Under the pieces are notes generated by a model. It was given only the letters and a program-made list of their open reading frames with translations, did no database searches and was not told the DNA's origin. A stretch of 64,000 nt of DNA from Chiloscyllium plagiosum. Taxonomy: Eukaryota. Below, in pieces: positions 1-13,600 of this stretch. The stretch lies in contig NC_057719.1 in the NCBI RefSeq assembly GCF_004010195.1, positions 59,533,669-59,597,668 of the forward strand. Reading direction: 5' to 3'. The position numbers were made by a program, and so were the translations under genes. Position 1 is the stretch's first letter, and every line of letters begins with the position of its first letter.

Positions 1-1570
1 TGTTGGACATTTTGGACAACTTGAGGATAGACAAGTCCCCCGGGCCTGACGGGATATATGCTAGGATTATGTGGGAAGCAAGAGAGGAAATTGCAGTACC
101 GTTGGCAATGATCTTCTCGTCTTCACTGGCAACGGGGGTGGTACCAGGGGACTGGAGAGTAGCGAATGTTGTGCCCCTGTTCAAAAAAGGGAATAGGGAT
201 AACCCCGGGAATTACAGGCCTGTTAGTCTTACTTCTGTGGTAGGCAAAGTAATGGAAAGGGTACTGAGGGATAGGATTTATGAGTATCTGGAAAGACACT
301 GCTTGATTAGGGACAGCCAGCACGGATTTGTGAAGGGTAGGTCTTGCCTTACAAGTCTTATTGAATTCTTCGAGGAGGTGACCAAGCATGTGGCTGAGGG
401 TAGAGCAGTGGATGTAGTGTACATGGATTTTAGTAAGGCATTTGATAAGGTTCCCCATGGTAGGCTTATGCGGAAAGTTAGGAGGCATGGGATAGAGGGA
501 AATTTGGCCAATTGGATAGAAAACTGGCTAACCGGTCGAAGGCAGAGAGTGGTGGTAGATGGTAAATATTCAGCCTGGAGCCCAGTTACAAGTGGAGTTC
601 CGCAGGGATCAGTTCTGGGTCCTCTGCTGTTTGTAATTTTTGTTCATGACTTAGATGAGGGAGTCGAAGGGTGGGTCAGTAAATTTGCAGATGATACGAA
701 GATAGGTGTAGTTGTGGACAGTGAGGAGGGCTGTTGTCGGCTGCAGAGGGACTTAGATATGATGCAGAGCTGGGCTGAGGAGTGGCAGATGGATTTCAAC
801 CCTGCCAAGTGTGAGGTTGTCCATTTTGGAAGAACAAATAAGAATGCGGAATTCAGGGTTAATGGTAGGGTTCTTAGTCAGGTGGAGGAACAGAGGGATC
901 TTGGGGTCTATGTACATAGATCTTTGAAGGTTGCCACTCAGGTGGATAGAGTTTGTAAGAAGGCCTATGGAGTATTATCGTTCATTAGCAGAGGGATTGA
1001 ATTCAAGAGTCATGAAGTGATGTTGCAACTCAACAGAATTTTGGTTAGGCCACATTTGGAGTACTGTGTGGAGTTCTGGTCGCCTCACTTTAGGAAAGAT
1101 GTGGAAGCTTTGGAGAGGGTGCAGAGAAGATTTACCAGGATGTTGCCTGGAATGGAGAGGAAGTCGTACGAGGATAGGTTGAGAGTTCTCGGCCTTTTCT
1201 CGTTGGAACGGCGAAGGATGAGGGGTGACTTGATAGGGGTTTATAAGATGATCAGAGGAATAGATAGAGTAGACAGTCAGAAACTTTTTCCCCGGGTACA
1301 ACAGAGTGTTACAAGGGGACATAAATTTAAGGTGAAGGGTGGAAGGTATAGGGGAGATGTCAGGGGTGGGTTCTTTACCCAGAGAGTGGTGGGGGCATGG
1401 AATGCGCTGCCCGTGGGAGTGGTAGAGTCGGAATCATTGGCGACCTTTAAGCGGCATTTGGATAGGTACATGGATGGGTACTTAATCTAGGTTAGAAGTT
1501 CGGCACAACATCGTGGGCCGAAGGGCCTGTTCTGTGCTGTATTGTTCTATGTTCTATGTTCTATGTTCTA
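1..1570 (+). mobile_element. CR1 LINE, 3' part, young; uninterrupted ORF2 RT C-terminus (3-1490)
   Basis: Motifs KSPGPDGI, NYRPVSLTS, QHGF, YMDFSKAFDKV, GVPQGSVLGP, KFADD. Short 3'UTR and (TTCTATG)n tail at about 1544-1570. Confidence 0.97.
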
Positions 1571-2664
1571 CCTTCATCAGAAAGAGCAAAGTCAATTTCA
1601 GCTTTCGTAATGCTGAATGGACTGTATCGGCTTGAAGTCATGCCATTTGGTATGAAAAATGCACCAGTCACCTTTCAGAGACTAACCAATAAGGTCATTG
1701 CTTGATTTTAAACTGTGTCATATATATGGGTGACCTGGTGATTTTTAGTCATGTATTGAAGGAACACTTGCTTGATTGACTTCAGAAGGCAGGCTTGATG
1801 ATAAACCTGGCTAATAGTGAATTTGCCAAAGTTACCTTCCTGGGCCATGCTATTGGACATGGACCAAGTGCCCCATTGAATGCAAAAACAAAGGTTATTG
1901 GGGCGTTTCCCATTCCATTGATAAAAGAAGCAGTACTTCACTTCCTGGTACTGAGTGGGTTTTATCGAAATTTAGAACCAAAGTTTAGCAGTGTGGCTCT
2001 CCACTCACTGAATTGCTAAAGAAAGGCAAGATGTTTGAGTGGACAGTGGACTGTCAGAAGGCATTTAACAGCCTGAAAGCTGTGTTAACCACTGCCCCAG
2101 TGTTAGCTGCACCTTATTACGCAAAGCCATTCAATGCAAATGATGTAGGTGTCAGTGCTGTGCTCTTACAAGAAGACAACAAGAAGATAAAAAGACCTAT
2201 TGGGTTTCTCCAGGAAATTGAACATTCATCAGCAGAAATATTCGATAGTTGAGAAGGAGACTTTCAGCTTGGTGTTGGCATTACGACATTTCAATGTTTA
2301 TGTTAGTAACATATCTGAGACAATCATATGCACTGATCATAACCCATTGGAGTTTGTGGATAAGTTTAAGGACAAAAATGCTAGACTGTTTAGATGGAGC
2401 TTGCTGTTAAAGCTATTCAGTTTGAAAATTGTATATGTGGCTGGATGAAAAAACCTGATTGCAGACACATTGTTGAAACTTTATTGAGAAACTTAGGCAT
2501 TCAGTCGCAGGAGTAAAACAAACTGAACCAGAATGTAGTCATGTGGGTTTGCAGGTTAATAGTCAATATCATGTATAGGGGTGGGGTAGTGTACTAACAG
2601 TTAAAGATTAAGGGGTTTTATAATGAAGCCATCTTTGGATATTGATTTTTTTTAAGGGGTGAGG
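1571..2664 (+). mobile_element. Gypsy/Ty3 LTR retrotransposon pol remnant (RT-RNase H), degenerate, followed by polypurine tract
   Basis: SAFV..NGLY..MPFGMKNAP, FLGHAIG, W..DCQKAF..LK, DVGVSAVLLQ, YSIVEKE, TDHNPL, RLFRWSL. PPT-like aaggggtgagg directly before the LTR TG. Confidence 0.9.
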
Positions 2665-4948
2665 TGTGACAATGCTACTCCTTTAACAACGTTATGTTGT
2701 CATTGGCTGTTCTTTCAGAGAAGTCGTAAAAGACAGAGTTTATGAAAGGTCTGAGGTTGGATGGGTGTTAGGGCCAGTTTGATTATAACTAACAGATACT
2801 GCCTCAGGCATAGGCTTTCAAGTTTAAAACACTTGTACAATGAAAGGGGAGTTTAAATCAGAGTGGTGCTGGAAAAGCACAGCAGGTCAGGCAGCATCCG
2901 AGGAGCAGGAAAATCGACGTTTTGGGCAAAACTCTCCCAGATCAGCTTTTCTCTGGTTTAGTTTGGTCTGGCTATTCACTGAAAGCAGTTGTAAAAGCTG
3001 CTGGATCCAAAGAAACAGGTCCAGGCTGATCCTCCTCTCTCTGTGACTTCTCTCCTGTAAGACCCTGTGTTTGATTTTACCTGTTGTACCAAGGCATGTT
3101 TATGGGGATTGTTGCAAGTATTGGGAACATCATCATAAAGTTGAGATGGTGTGTTCAGTTTTTGGATAGGTTAAGTTATTCAGTATTCTTTCCTTTTTTG
3201 TTTGTGTTTCATTAGGTGATACTGTCATAGAGTTATAGAGATGTACAGCACAGAAACAGACCCTTCGGTCTAACCTGTCCATGCCGACCAGATATCCCAA
3301 CCCAATCTAGTCCCACCTGCCAGCACCCGGCCCATATCCCTCAAAACCCTTCCTATTCATATACCCATCCAAATGCCTTTTAAATGTTGCACTTGTACCA
3401 GCTTCCACCACTTACTCTGGCAGCTCATTCCATACACATACCACCCTCTGTGTGAAAAAGTTGCCCCTAGGTCTCTTTTATATCTTTCCCCTCTCACCCT
3501 AAATCTATGCCTCTAGTTTTGGGCTCTTCCACCTCAGGGAAAAGACTTTGTCTATTTATCCTATCCATGCCCCTCATGATTTTATAAACCTCTATAATGT
3601 CACCCCTCAACCTCCGACGCTCCAGGAAAAACAGCCCCAGCCTGTTCAGCCTCTCCCTATAGCTCAAATCCTCCAACCCTGGCAACATCCTTGTAAATCT
3701 TTTCTGAACTCTTTCATGTTTCACAGCATCCTTCCGATAGGAAAGAGTCCAGAATTCCATGCAATATTCCAAAAGTGGCCTTATCAATGTCCTGTACAGC
3801 CACAACATGACCTCTCAACTCCTGTACTCAATACTCTGACCAATAAAGGAAAATATACCAAATGACTTCTTCACTATCCTATCTACCTGTGATGCTACTT
3901 TCAAGGAACTATGAATAAGCACTCCAAGGTCTTTTTGTTCAGCAACACTCCCTGAGTCCTTACCATTAAGTGTATAAGTCCTGCTAAGATCTGCTTTCCC
4001 AAAATACAGCATCTCGCATTTCTCTGAATTAAACTCCATCTGCCACTTCTCAGTCCATTAGCTCATCTGATCAAGATCTCATTGTAATCTGAGGTAACCC
4101 TCTTCGCTGTCCACTATACCTCCAATTTTGGTGTCATCTACAAACTTACTAACTGTACCTCTTATGCTTCCATCCACATCATGTATGTAAATGACAAAAA
4201 GTAGAGGGCCCAGCACTGATCCTTGAGGCACTCCACTGGTCACAGGCTTCCAGTCTGAGAAACAACCTTCCACCACCACCCTCTTTCTTCTACCTCTGAG
4301 CCAGTTCTGTATCCAAATGGCTAGTTCTCCCTGTATTCCATGAGATCTAACCTTGCTAATCAGTCTGCCATGGGGATCCTTGTCAAATGCCTTACTGAAG
4401 TCCATACAGATCACGTCTACTGCTCTGCTCTCATCAGTCCTCTTTGTTACTGCTTCAAAAAATTCAATCAAGTTTGTGAGACATGATTTCCCACGCACAA
4501 AGTCATGTTGACTATCCCTAATAAGTCCTCACCTTTCCAAATACATGTACATCCTGTCCCTCAGGATTCCCTACAACAACTTGCCCACCACCGACGTCAG
4601 GCTCACTGGTCCATAGATCCCTGGCTTGTCCTTACCACCCTTCTTAAACAGTGGCTCCACGTTAGCCAACCTCCAGTCTCCCGGCACCTCATCTGTGACT
4701 ATCGATGATACAAATATCTCAGCAAGGGACCCAGCAATCACTACCCTAGCTTCCCACAGAGTTCTAGGGTACACCTGATCTGGTCCTGGTTCTTGTAAAT
4801 AAATTCTGTTTTGTTTAAAACTAAGTGGTTTGACCAACTGAATCCCTTCTGGAATATTTGCATTTCACTTGCTTAAAACAACTAGCAAAGTTAGGGTCTG
4901 GGCTACTTTGTTGATATGTTTTGAGGGTGTCTAGCCAGGTCCACAACA
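2665..4948 (+). mobile_element. 3' LTR of the Gypsy element (TGTGACA...CAACA), interrupted by a PLE fragment (about 2853-2931) and a CR1 (about 3226-4790)
   Basis: TG start after the PPT and CA end. Both termini resemble the solo LTR at 17184-17818. Confidence 0.75.
3226..4790 (-). mobile_element. CR1 LINE, 5'-truncated, degenerate
   Basis: Minus-strand RT fragments (DFSKAFDK, GVPQGSVLGP, KFVDD, RFTRMLPGL). Tail at the left end. Confidence 0.95.
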
Positions 4949-6789
4949 AAGGGAAGAGGCATGGACTCTCATTTTGTTCAATTGATGGGAAATCTAAAAA
5001 AAAAGCTAAAGCTCATCAATTCATTTTAGTGAAAAGATTCTAATAATACTTTAGAATAATGTATTGAACACAATTTACAATCTTTGAAATATTTATAATA
5101 AACTAGAAGGATTTTGTGACAGTAGAGAATTTTGAACTTCTAAACAATTTTCAAATCAAATGCTTTACAAGAGAAGATTTCAGAGCTGGATGCGCAGTAA
5201 ATTGCTACATAACAAGCAGTGTCAAGTTTTATTAGAAGAATTTAATATAGTCCAGCAATGATACAGAATCAACAAAACCAAAATGCAGGAAATGCAGCAA
5301 GCTCTACATTAACTTAAATTAGTTTTGAATGCAAGAAGACAAGCTTGAAGAACATCAGCTTTAAAACAATATTGAATTTATTGATTTAAAATACTTTCTC
5401 AGCAATAAGTTTATTAACCACGTTGAAGAGAAATGGATAGAGAATGCAGGGTCAAGATCAGAGGCAGATCTAACAAAATATAATATTGGAATTCAAGGAG
5501 TTACTAAGGTACAGCAAGTTTAAGAAGAGTGAAAAAAGCAGCAAGTGTCTTCATTCTAAACACAGTGCCAGGAGAAGAGAGGTGGTCAGGTTTAAAAGAA
5601 AACAGAGAGCTGAGTGGAGGAAAACTTCTTTCTACACATAGCGCTGGGACAAGTGGTGCTGCAAGCTTAAAACTCATGCAGAGAGTAGGAAGAAGCTCAG
5701 CGGTTCAGCATATTCAATTCAGTTCAAGAGAAGGAGTGGTCTGGCCTGCACCATTATTCCAAATGAAATGGCCAAGAAAAGGAAGTTAACTCTTTGGTTC
5801 ACCAGCAGGAACCTGGAGGTTGTGGTGGACAGGGTCATGGAGAGGAAAGCAGCAACAAAGACTGAGCCAGCCCAGAGTGATATAAGAGCCCATGTTGCTG
5901 TAATATTCCAGGTGAAGTAGAGTGCAGGAAGATGTTAATAACTTTCTGCACTGCACAACGGTAAGAGCCCCACCTTCTCTCTGCTACCTCAACTCAGAGC
6001 CACTCATTCTAACTCTGCCACTGCTCTCATGAAAGCTCATGGAATACAGATCTCTATTATGTGCATCATATCCAGCCAATAGCTGTCCTTCTAAACTACT
6101 ATCCTGCCCTCTGTGCTTCCTACACATTCACTGGGGACATTATCACCATTTTCCAGCTCCTGCTCTTGCTTCATTACTAACTATTCTTCCATTGATTTCC
6201 ATTATATTGAGCCCCTGCCTTTGTTTCTTTGCAGAAGTAATTAGCTCATCCCTTGAACTAATGCCTACACTGCACTCCAATTGACCTACCTGTCATCATC
6301 GGACTGGTTGAACTTGGCCTGCAAGATTGACTGTGGCCCAATCCCCGGACTCTGGTAGTTCTAAGCACTTTACTGACAGTCACCAAGCTCTGAACTGGAA
6401 TCAAACGCACCCATTGTTTGACTGTAGCAGTAGTCTCTGAATGACCATCATCCTCTTTGGTCACACAATGTAAAGACTGTATCTTGCTATTTTTATGTAC
6501 TTTTGTTTGTGGGCTAATTCAAAAAGGGCTGTTTTAAAAGCCAATGATTGTGGAAGGATTGACGCACTTTTCAAACACAAGTTGCTGAAACTCATTGTAA
6601 CTTGTGCATATACTGCTGCTTTGATCAAAAATGGGTACCTGCCACAAAAGCTGGTAGCCTCCAAATAAGTACAAAGTGATGGAGGGCTTCAAAATGAAGC
6701 TAAGAGACAAAAGATGCATTCTGTCTAGATGCATCAATCATACTGAAGACAACTACTTCAGAACTTGCCACATCCTTAGCCAAGCATAC

Positions 6790-7870
6790 TGACAACACTG
6801 GCATCTACTCAACAATGTGGAAAATTGCCCAAGTGTATCCTGCACACAAAAAGCAGGACAAATCCAAACCAGCCGATTACCACCCATCAGCCTATTCTCA
6901 ATCATCAGTAAAGTGTTGGAAGCTGTCATTGGCAGTGCTATCAAGCAGAACCTGCTCAGTGATGTCCAGTTCAGCTCCTGACCTCATTACAGCCTTGATT
7001 CAAACATTGACACATGAGCTGAATTCCAGAGGTGAGGAGAGAGTGACAGCCTTTGACATCAAGGTCACATTCAACTGAGTATGGCATCAGGGAACCTTAG
7101 CAAAACCAAAATCAATGGGTATCGGGGGCAAACTTTTTGCTGGTTAGAATCATATCTGGCACAGAGGAAAATGCTCATGTCGTAGGAGGTCAGTCCCCTC
7201 AGCTCCAGGACGTGTCTGCAGGAGTTCCCCAGGGTAGTGTCCTAGGCCCAAGCATCTTCAGTTGCTTCATCAATGACCTTCCTTCCATCATAAGGTCAGA
7301 AGTAGGGATGTTTGCCAATGATTGCACAATGTTCAGCATGATTCATGACTCCTTAAACAGTCCAATTCAATCGTAATAAGATCTGGACACTTTCCAGGTG
7401 CAAATAACATTTCCATCACACAAGTTCCAGGTAATGATTATCTCTATAAAAAAAAAGGATCTAACCACTACCCCATGACATTCAATGAATCCTCCTTAGG
7501 ATTGCCATTGACCAGAAACTCAACTGGACTCACCACATAAAAACAGTGACTACAAGATTAGGTCATATGCAAGGGGTTCTGCAGCAAGAAACTAACCTCC
7601 TGACTCTGCAAAGGCTGTCCATCATCTTCAAGGCAAAAGATGAGAGTGTGACAGAATCATGAAGCTTGACACCATCCAGGACAAAGCAGCTTGTTGATTG
7701 GCATCACATTCACAAATGTTCATTCTTCCACCACTAAGCCTCAGTACTATCTACAAGATGTACTGCAGAAATTCACCAAGGCTCCTTAAAAACGCCTTCC
7801 AAACCCATGGCCACTACCATCTTGGATAAGGGCAGGTAATGCATGGGATCGCCATTAAGATCACTTCCAA
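6790..7870 (+). mobile_element. Older CR1/L2-group LINE RT remnant
   Basis: MWKIAQVYPAHKK, AFDIK, AGVPQGSVLGP, MFAND. Same family as 58880-60240. Confidence 0.85.
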
Positions 7871-8189
7871 GCCACTTACCTTTCTAACTTCGAAATGCCA
7901 TCACCTTCTCAAGGGCAATTAGAAATGAATAATAAATGCAGGACTTGTCAAAGTTGCCCATGTCCCATGAGTGAATAAGAAAAATGCCTGAGATGAATGT
8001 GTCCCTTGTGCAAAGTGACTTGGCAGCAATATGCATCTGTGAGCTCAAAAGTCTTGAAAAGCTGAAGTGAGTTGAAATAAGTGCAGGCATGATGATATTG
8101 TGAGGCTGGTGGTTGGCCAAAGCTGACTTGCTTAGAAGAAGGGTGGAGGAGGACAGTTCTACTGAGCAAGTGTATAAACACCATAACAT

Positions 8190-8750
8190 CAAAACTAGGG
8201 GCAGGAGTGCACCATTTGTTCCTATGAGCCTCCTCCACCATTCAATGTGATTATGGCTAATCATCTAACTCAGCAGCGTGTTCCCACTTTCTCCCCATAC
8301 CCTTTGACCCTTTTAGCACTAAGAACTATATCTAACTCTTCTTGAAAACATTCAATGTTTTGGCCTTAGCTGCTTTCTGTGGTAGACAATTTCACAGGCT
8401 CACCACTTTCTGAGTGAAGGCATTTCTCCTCATCTCAGTTGGAAATGCTTAGTCCATATCCTTAGACTGTGACCCCTGGTTCTGCACTCCCTGGGTCATT
8501 GGGAACATCCTTCCTGTTAGTCCTGTTAGAATTTTATAGGTTTCTATTAGATTCCATCCTAATTCTTCTAAATGTCAGTGAATATAGTACTAACCAATCC
8601 AGTCTCTCTTCGTACGTCAATCCTGCAATCACAGGAATCAGTCTGGTAAATCTTTGTTGCATTCCCATCATAACTGAACATCCTTTCATAAATAAGGAAA
8701 CCAAAACTATACACAATACTCCAGATGTGGTTTAACCAAGACTCTGTACA
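8190..8750 (-). mobile_element. CR1 3' fragment
   Basis: Minus-strand QQRFTRLIP..GLTYEERL and a CR1-type 3'UTR. Confidence 0.85.
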
Positions 8751-9529
8751 CTTGCCGCAAGTATGTTGTGTTCTTGACAGAGTTTGATGAAGGTCTGAAG
8801 AAGCAAGCAGTGAGCTGCTGCCATCAGATTACTGCTCTGACCTTTGTGTCAAGTTTTGATGCCAATGAGTTTGTTAGAAAAGGAGAGAAGAATTGGAAGA
8901 TGCATGAAACTGAGGTAATACAAGATGGAAATAAGGTGGTGAGTGCTTATTAGTGGGATTCTGAGGGAATATTCAGGAAGTTCTCAACAAGTTTCTGATT
9001 TTCTACTTCTGTCACGTGTTTCCTATTTTCCCATCATTGCTTTTGCAGTCCAAGGGAATGTAAATTCCACCTACCCTTGCCACAAGAGACAATACAAGTA
9101 ATCAACCTCATAAGGTATAAGCACTCCAAACAAACACATGACAGGCCAATATCAGGGGACTACAGCCAGTATTAGCACATTAGAAAGCAAATATCCACAC
9201 AGCTATGTGATTTAAATTCAAACCAAACCAGCTATGAAAAAAGCATATTACATCTCTAACTACTGATCACTTTTAAAGGCTGTGCTAAAGTCTGAAACAT
9301 TTCCACAACAGCAGAAATACCATGGGTACACACATGAAGATTCTACACATTAGATCACCCACTTCCATGAGATGACATTCCTGCATTTGTAGGTAAATCT
9401 CCATTGGAGGAGATACCCAACATACTCCAATGGGGAATAAGAGAACCATGACAGCCAGATATGATTTAACTGATTTATGTCAATGAACATCTTACTAAAT
9501 TTAAGATTGATACTGGTGTAAGAATTACT

Positions 9530-10090
9530 GTCATACATGATCCTACATCTTGACTAAAACATGGAAACGTTTCAGAGGATATCTCTGGGATACACGTACT
9601 AAACAATCTCCCTGTCCAGTGGCCCAAACACTTCAACTCCACTTCCCAATCTGCCAAAGACTTGTAAGTACTGGGCCTCCTCTAATGCGAAATTCTAGCC
9701 ATCCAACGCCTGGAGGAAGAATGCCTCATTTTCAGCCTTGGGATCCTCCAACCATACTGGATCAATGTTGATTTCACCAGCTTCCTCATCTCCCTCCCCA
9801 CAACGTATCCCAGATCCAACCCTTCAACTCAGCACTGCCCTCTTCAACTGTCCTACCTGTCCATCTTCTTTCCCATCTATCCTCTCCACTCTCCTGACCT
9901 ATCACCATCACCCCCATCTCCATCTACCTATGGCATTCCCAGCCACCTTCCCCCAGCCTAACCCCCCTCCCATTTATCTCTCAGCCCCCTTGGGCCTCCC
10001 CACATTCCTGATGAACAGCTTATGTTTGAAACGTCGACTCTTCTGCTCCTCGGATGCTGTTTTTTCCAGCACTAGACTTTTTGACTCTAA
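9530..10090 (+). mobile_element. Penelope-like element 3' fragment (GIY-YIG end plus pLTR with hammerhead-like core at 10008-10035)
   Basis: Similar to 54390-54950 (RFR.YL, PVAQHFNS, C-rich 3' region, CTGATGA...GAAACGTC). Confidence 0.85.
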
Positions 10091-10415
10091 AACATAGGAA
10101 GTTACAGCCAACAGAACTGGAATTAAGTGTTGCAGGTGGAATGAGCCACAAGATTTAAGGAATTGTTACAAAGTGTCACTACGACAAAAAGAATTCTGGA
10201 TGTCATCCAGAATCAACAAAATTTACTCTTGAACAAAGATACATGTTTTGGTCCTAGAATCCTGCAATTTGTATATGAAGTTCAACCATTTCACAAGAAA
10301 ACTACCACCAACTAATCTAGGAAGACTATCAGTTAAAGACTTCATAGGCCTGCCAAAATTAATAGCTGGACCTAAAAAGAAAACTGAACCCACAGGAATC
10401 AGTTATCATGGTATG

Positions 10416-10649
10416 AGTAGTGATTGCAATGAGTTCAGCCAGGTGGACTTCATAGAATATAAGTTCCCTGACTGGGGCTGTCAACCTGGTCCAATCAGGG
10501 AGCCCGAGCTGAAGATATAAACAGGAGCGTCAGAGGTTCTGTTCACTCTGGAGCTGTCTCCGAGGAAGCTGGATCATTGCCAAGGACTCTCCACATGTAA
10601 ATAAAGGGTGACTTGGAGATGGGATATCGGCCTCTGTGGAGTTATTACA
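10416..10649 (+). mobile_element. Short solo LTR (about 234 bp)
   Basis: (a)GTAGTGAT...TTACA termini with internal CCAAT, TATAAA and AATAAA. Same family in reverse orientation at 53059-54972. Confidence 0.7.
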
Positions 10650-13600
10650 GTAGCCAAAATCTGTTTAATCAAAAGATGTTTCAAACAACAGAAAGATCAC
10701 TTTTATTGGAAGCTGAGATTTATTTCACACTGTTATAAGGAAAGAACCAATAGACTTCACACAGTTACCAGAAATGTTTCCAATTGCAGATACTACTGAA
10801 GAACTCTTAGATGATAACCATGATTGAAACTTGAGGCAACAATCAAATATTTCTTCTACAATAAAGTAATACATCCAATGAAGATCATTGATTACGCAAA
10901 TCAGTGCCATCAGCACAGCAGTCTGCTCCACATCAGGGTAGTATAGAATAGTCAATCCCACAGATGTCAATAATGTAGAATGCGTCTACTACAGCAGACA
11001 AAAGAATATTTTGCTTGATGGAAGACACTGACAACGTTCAACTTTTTTCAGAAGATTAGTCACGTAACCTCTTCGTAGTACCAAAGATGAAACTGTGCCT
11101 TACAATAATGCGACTGTTTTCCTTGAAGGACACTAATGAAGTCAAAGGTCCACCTGACATGGAATCAGAGCAGCAGCAACATCAACATCAACAGTCAACT
11201 AACTCCTCGGTGAAAGGGATTTGCAAGGAATAGGACTGTCCACAGGAGAAATAAAAGAATGATCAGTCTTCAAGCCAACAGCCTATTGATCTTTCAAGTC
11301 TGAAACAAGCAGGTTTTGGAATAAGTGTCCAGTTATTGGTGTATTTATTTGAAGTGAGAGACTTGGGAGAAGCAGGCATAGTGGTAAATGTAATATACTT
11401 CTTTTCCTTCTCACTTAAAACTTATCCAAAAGCTCCCTTCATGTTCATTACTGAAAATCATAATAATCAAAAGTACCCAATAAAATGTATCTTCTTCCAG
11501 AGGTGAGGGGAGAAAAATGATTCCACCAAATCTTCAGCAATTGGAAGGTAAATGTGGCCATTAAAACAGTACTCCTTTTTGAAAAATAATTGCATGACTA
11601 TTAAACTTAGCTAATCCAAATGATCTATTGCGAGATGAAATCATACTCCACTTTTAACATTGAGTGAGATGCAGGTTCAATTTGGAGTGCTGATAATGTA
11701 AATATAAATTTATTCAGTCTTTTTTTGTTAGCTAATTTTAAAAACAAAGAACAACTTGCACTTATACTGTGCTTTTCACAATCACTGGGTATCTCAAAAT
11801 GCTTCCCAATCAATGAAGAATTTTTAATGTGCCGCCATTATTGGCATATTGGAAAAATGGCAGCCTAATGGCACTCAGCAGATGCTCACAAACAACAATA
11901 TTTTTGGTGATGTTGAAACCAGGATAAATATTTGCCAGACCATCTCTCCTCCTTAAACATTATTCCCAATATCTCTTGCTAGTGGAAGGATTCATGGCTA
12001 TATACTAGTGGGTAGAATTGTGTTAGATCTATTTTTTAATGTTCATGGGAACAGATGCCTTCCATTAGTAATAGTACTTGCGCAGGTGGGTACTAAAAGG
12101 AGAGACCATGGTCAAGTCTATCGATAGCAGAAGAAGAAGTTCTGAAGAAGGGTCGCTGGACCCAAGAACGATACCTTTAATTTCTTTCCACAGATGTGGC
12201 CAGACTTGTTTAACATGTAGAACTGGGGGAAGGTGAAAAGCTAGGGAAGAGCCATGCAGAAAGATGAGGATATAGTATCTGATGTTATTGAGGCTCAGGG
12301 AAGTGATATAAGTCATTGAGGACAATTGAAGGCGTGAGCAGGAATTGGTAGAGTAGTGCTACCCTTCCTTTGCAGACCAAAAACATCTCAAATGACCCAA
12401 AAAAGTGAAATTAATGGACAAGACTTCACCATTTTGAAACTTTCACTGTAAGAATTAAACTAAAATCAACAGAAAATTAAATATGAATGAACAGGTAAAT
12501 TATATTCAATAGAAACTATGCATTGCACCCAGTGATTAGCCTCACAGATTTCCCAGGTAGCCCCTTCAGTGTATATAGCAGTGTATACTTTACCACACCT
12601 AGTTCCACAGCTATAATCTCAATCAAAAAGCACAATTTACCCAAATCAGCCTTTTTGATCTCTTTCTCCAGTTGTGCCGTGTCTTTCCACCTTAGTTATC
12701 TTAACCTCACAAGTTCCTCAGAACCACTAAACACTTTTGCTGCTGAAAATTAAACACAGCCAGTGTCCTGCCTGTCCTGACCACTGGCTTAAGTTTGACT
12801 TCTCAGCTGGTGTTTGTTATTTCCCAATCAGCTTCCATTTCCTGAGGAATCTAACCACAAGCTGAATTGTCAGAGGTTTGACACCACAGCCAGGAATTCC
12901 AACCAACAACTTGCTTTCCTAGAGTGCTGGAGACTTGGGATTATATTTTAATTAGGGACTGTCCCAGAGCCATTGAAACCATATTCAACGCAGACACCAG
13001 GTTCAAACGAACAGCCTCATAGTCAGCAAGGTTCTGAGTTAGCCAAAGTTTCAGGATCTGCCAGTTGTGTGGTGGCCAGAGGAACATTTAAATGGGTGAA
13101 TTTAATATGAAGAAGAATTGTATATGTGACTCATCAGAGGATGCATTGAGATTGAGGTAAACAATATTATTGTGGTGAAATTGTACAATTCTCTTAATTA
13201 TGCAGACATGGGCATATAGCTGGATTGGATTGGACTTTGAGGTTGCATATGATCTTGTTCAGCTTAACATTATTGTTGGGGAGAGCAATGGAATCAGGAA
13301 GTTTGTAATGAGAGGGAACAACTATGGTTTTGGTGTTCCAAGGACCAGATGATTTACATTTCAAAAGAGGTGGTGGAGATACAAGCTGGGTATAAACATG
13401 TGGAATCTGATCCTGTGGTAGCTAAACAATGACATTTGATCAGAAATATGAATGGGCCAAGATGGAGATGATGATGCAGGTATGGAAAGAGAAGCCTATA
13501 TTGGAGATGTTTGTGTTATGGAAATAAATTAAAATGTGAATTTATAGAGCACCTTTCATGGCATTAAATTATGTATAGCTGATGAAGAATGCATGAATTT

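Noticed and set aside
1571..1584. Minus-strand CTGATGAAGG resembling a hammerhead core
   Set aside because: It lies in Gypsy RT coding sequence (PSSERAK) and has no stem II or GAAA.
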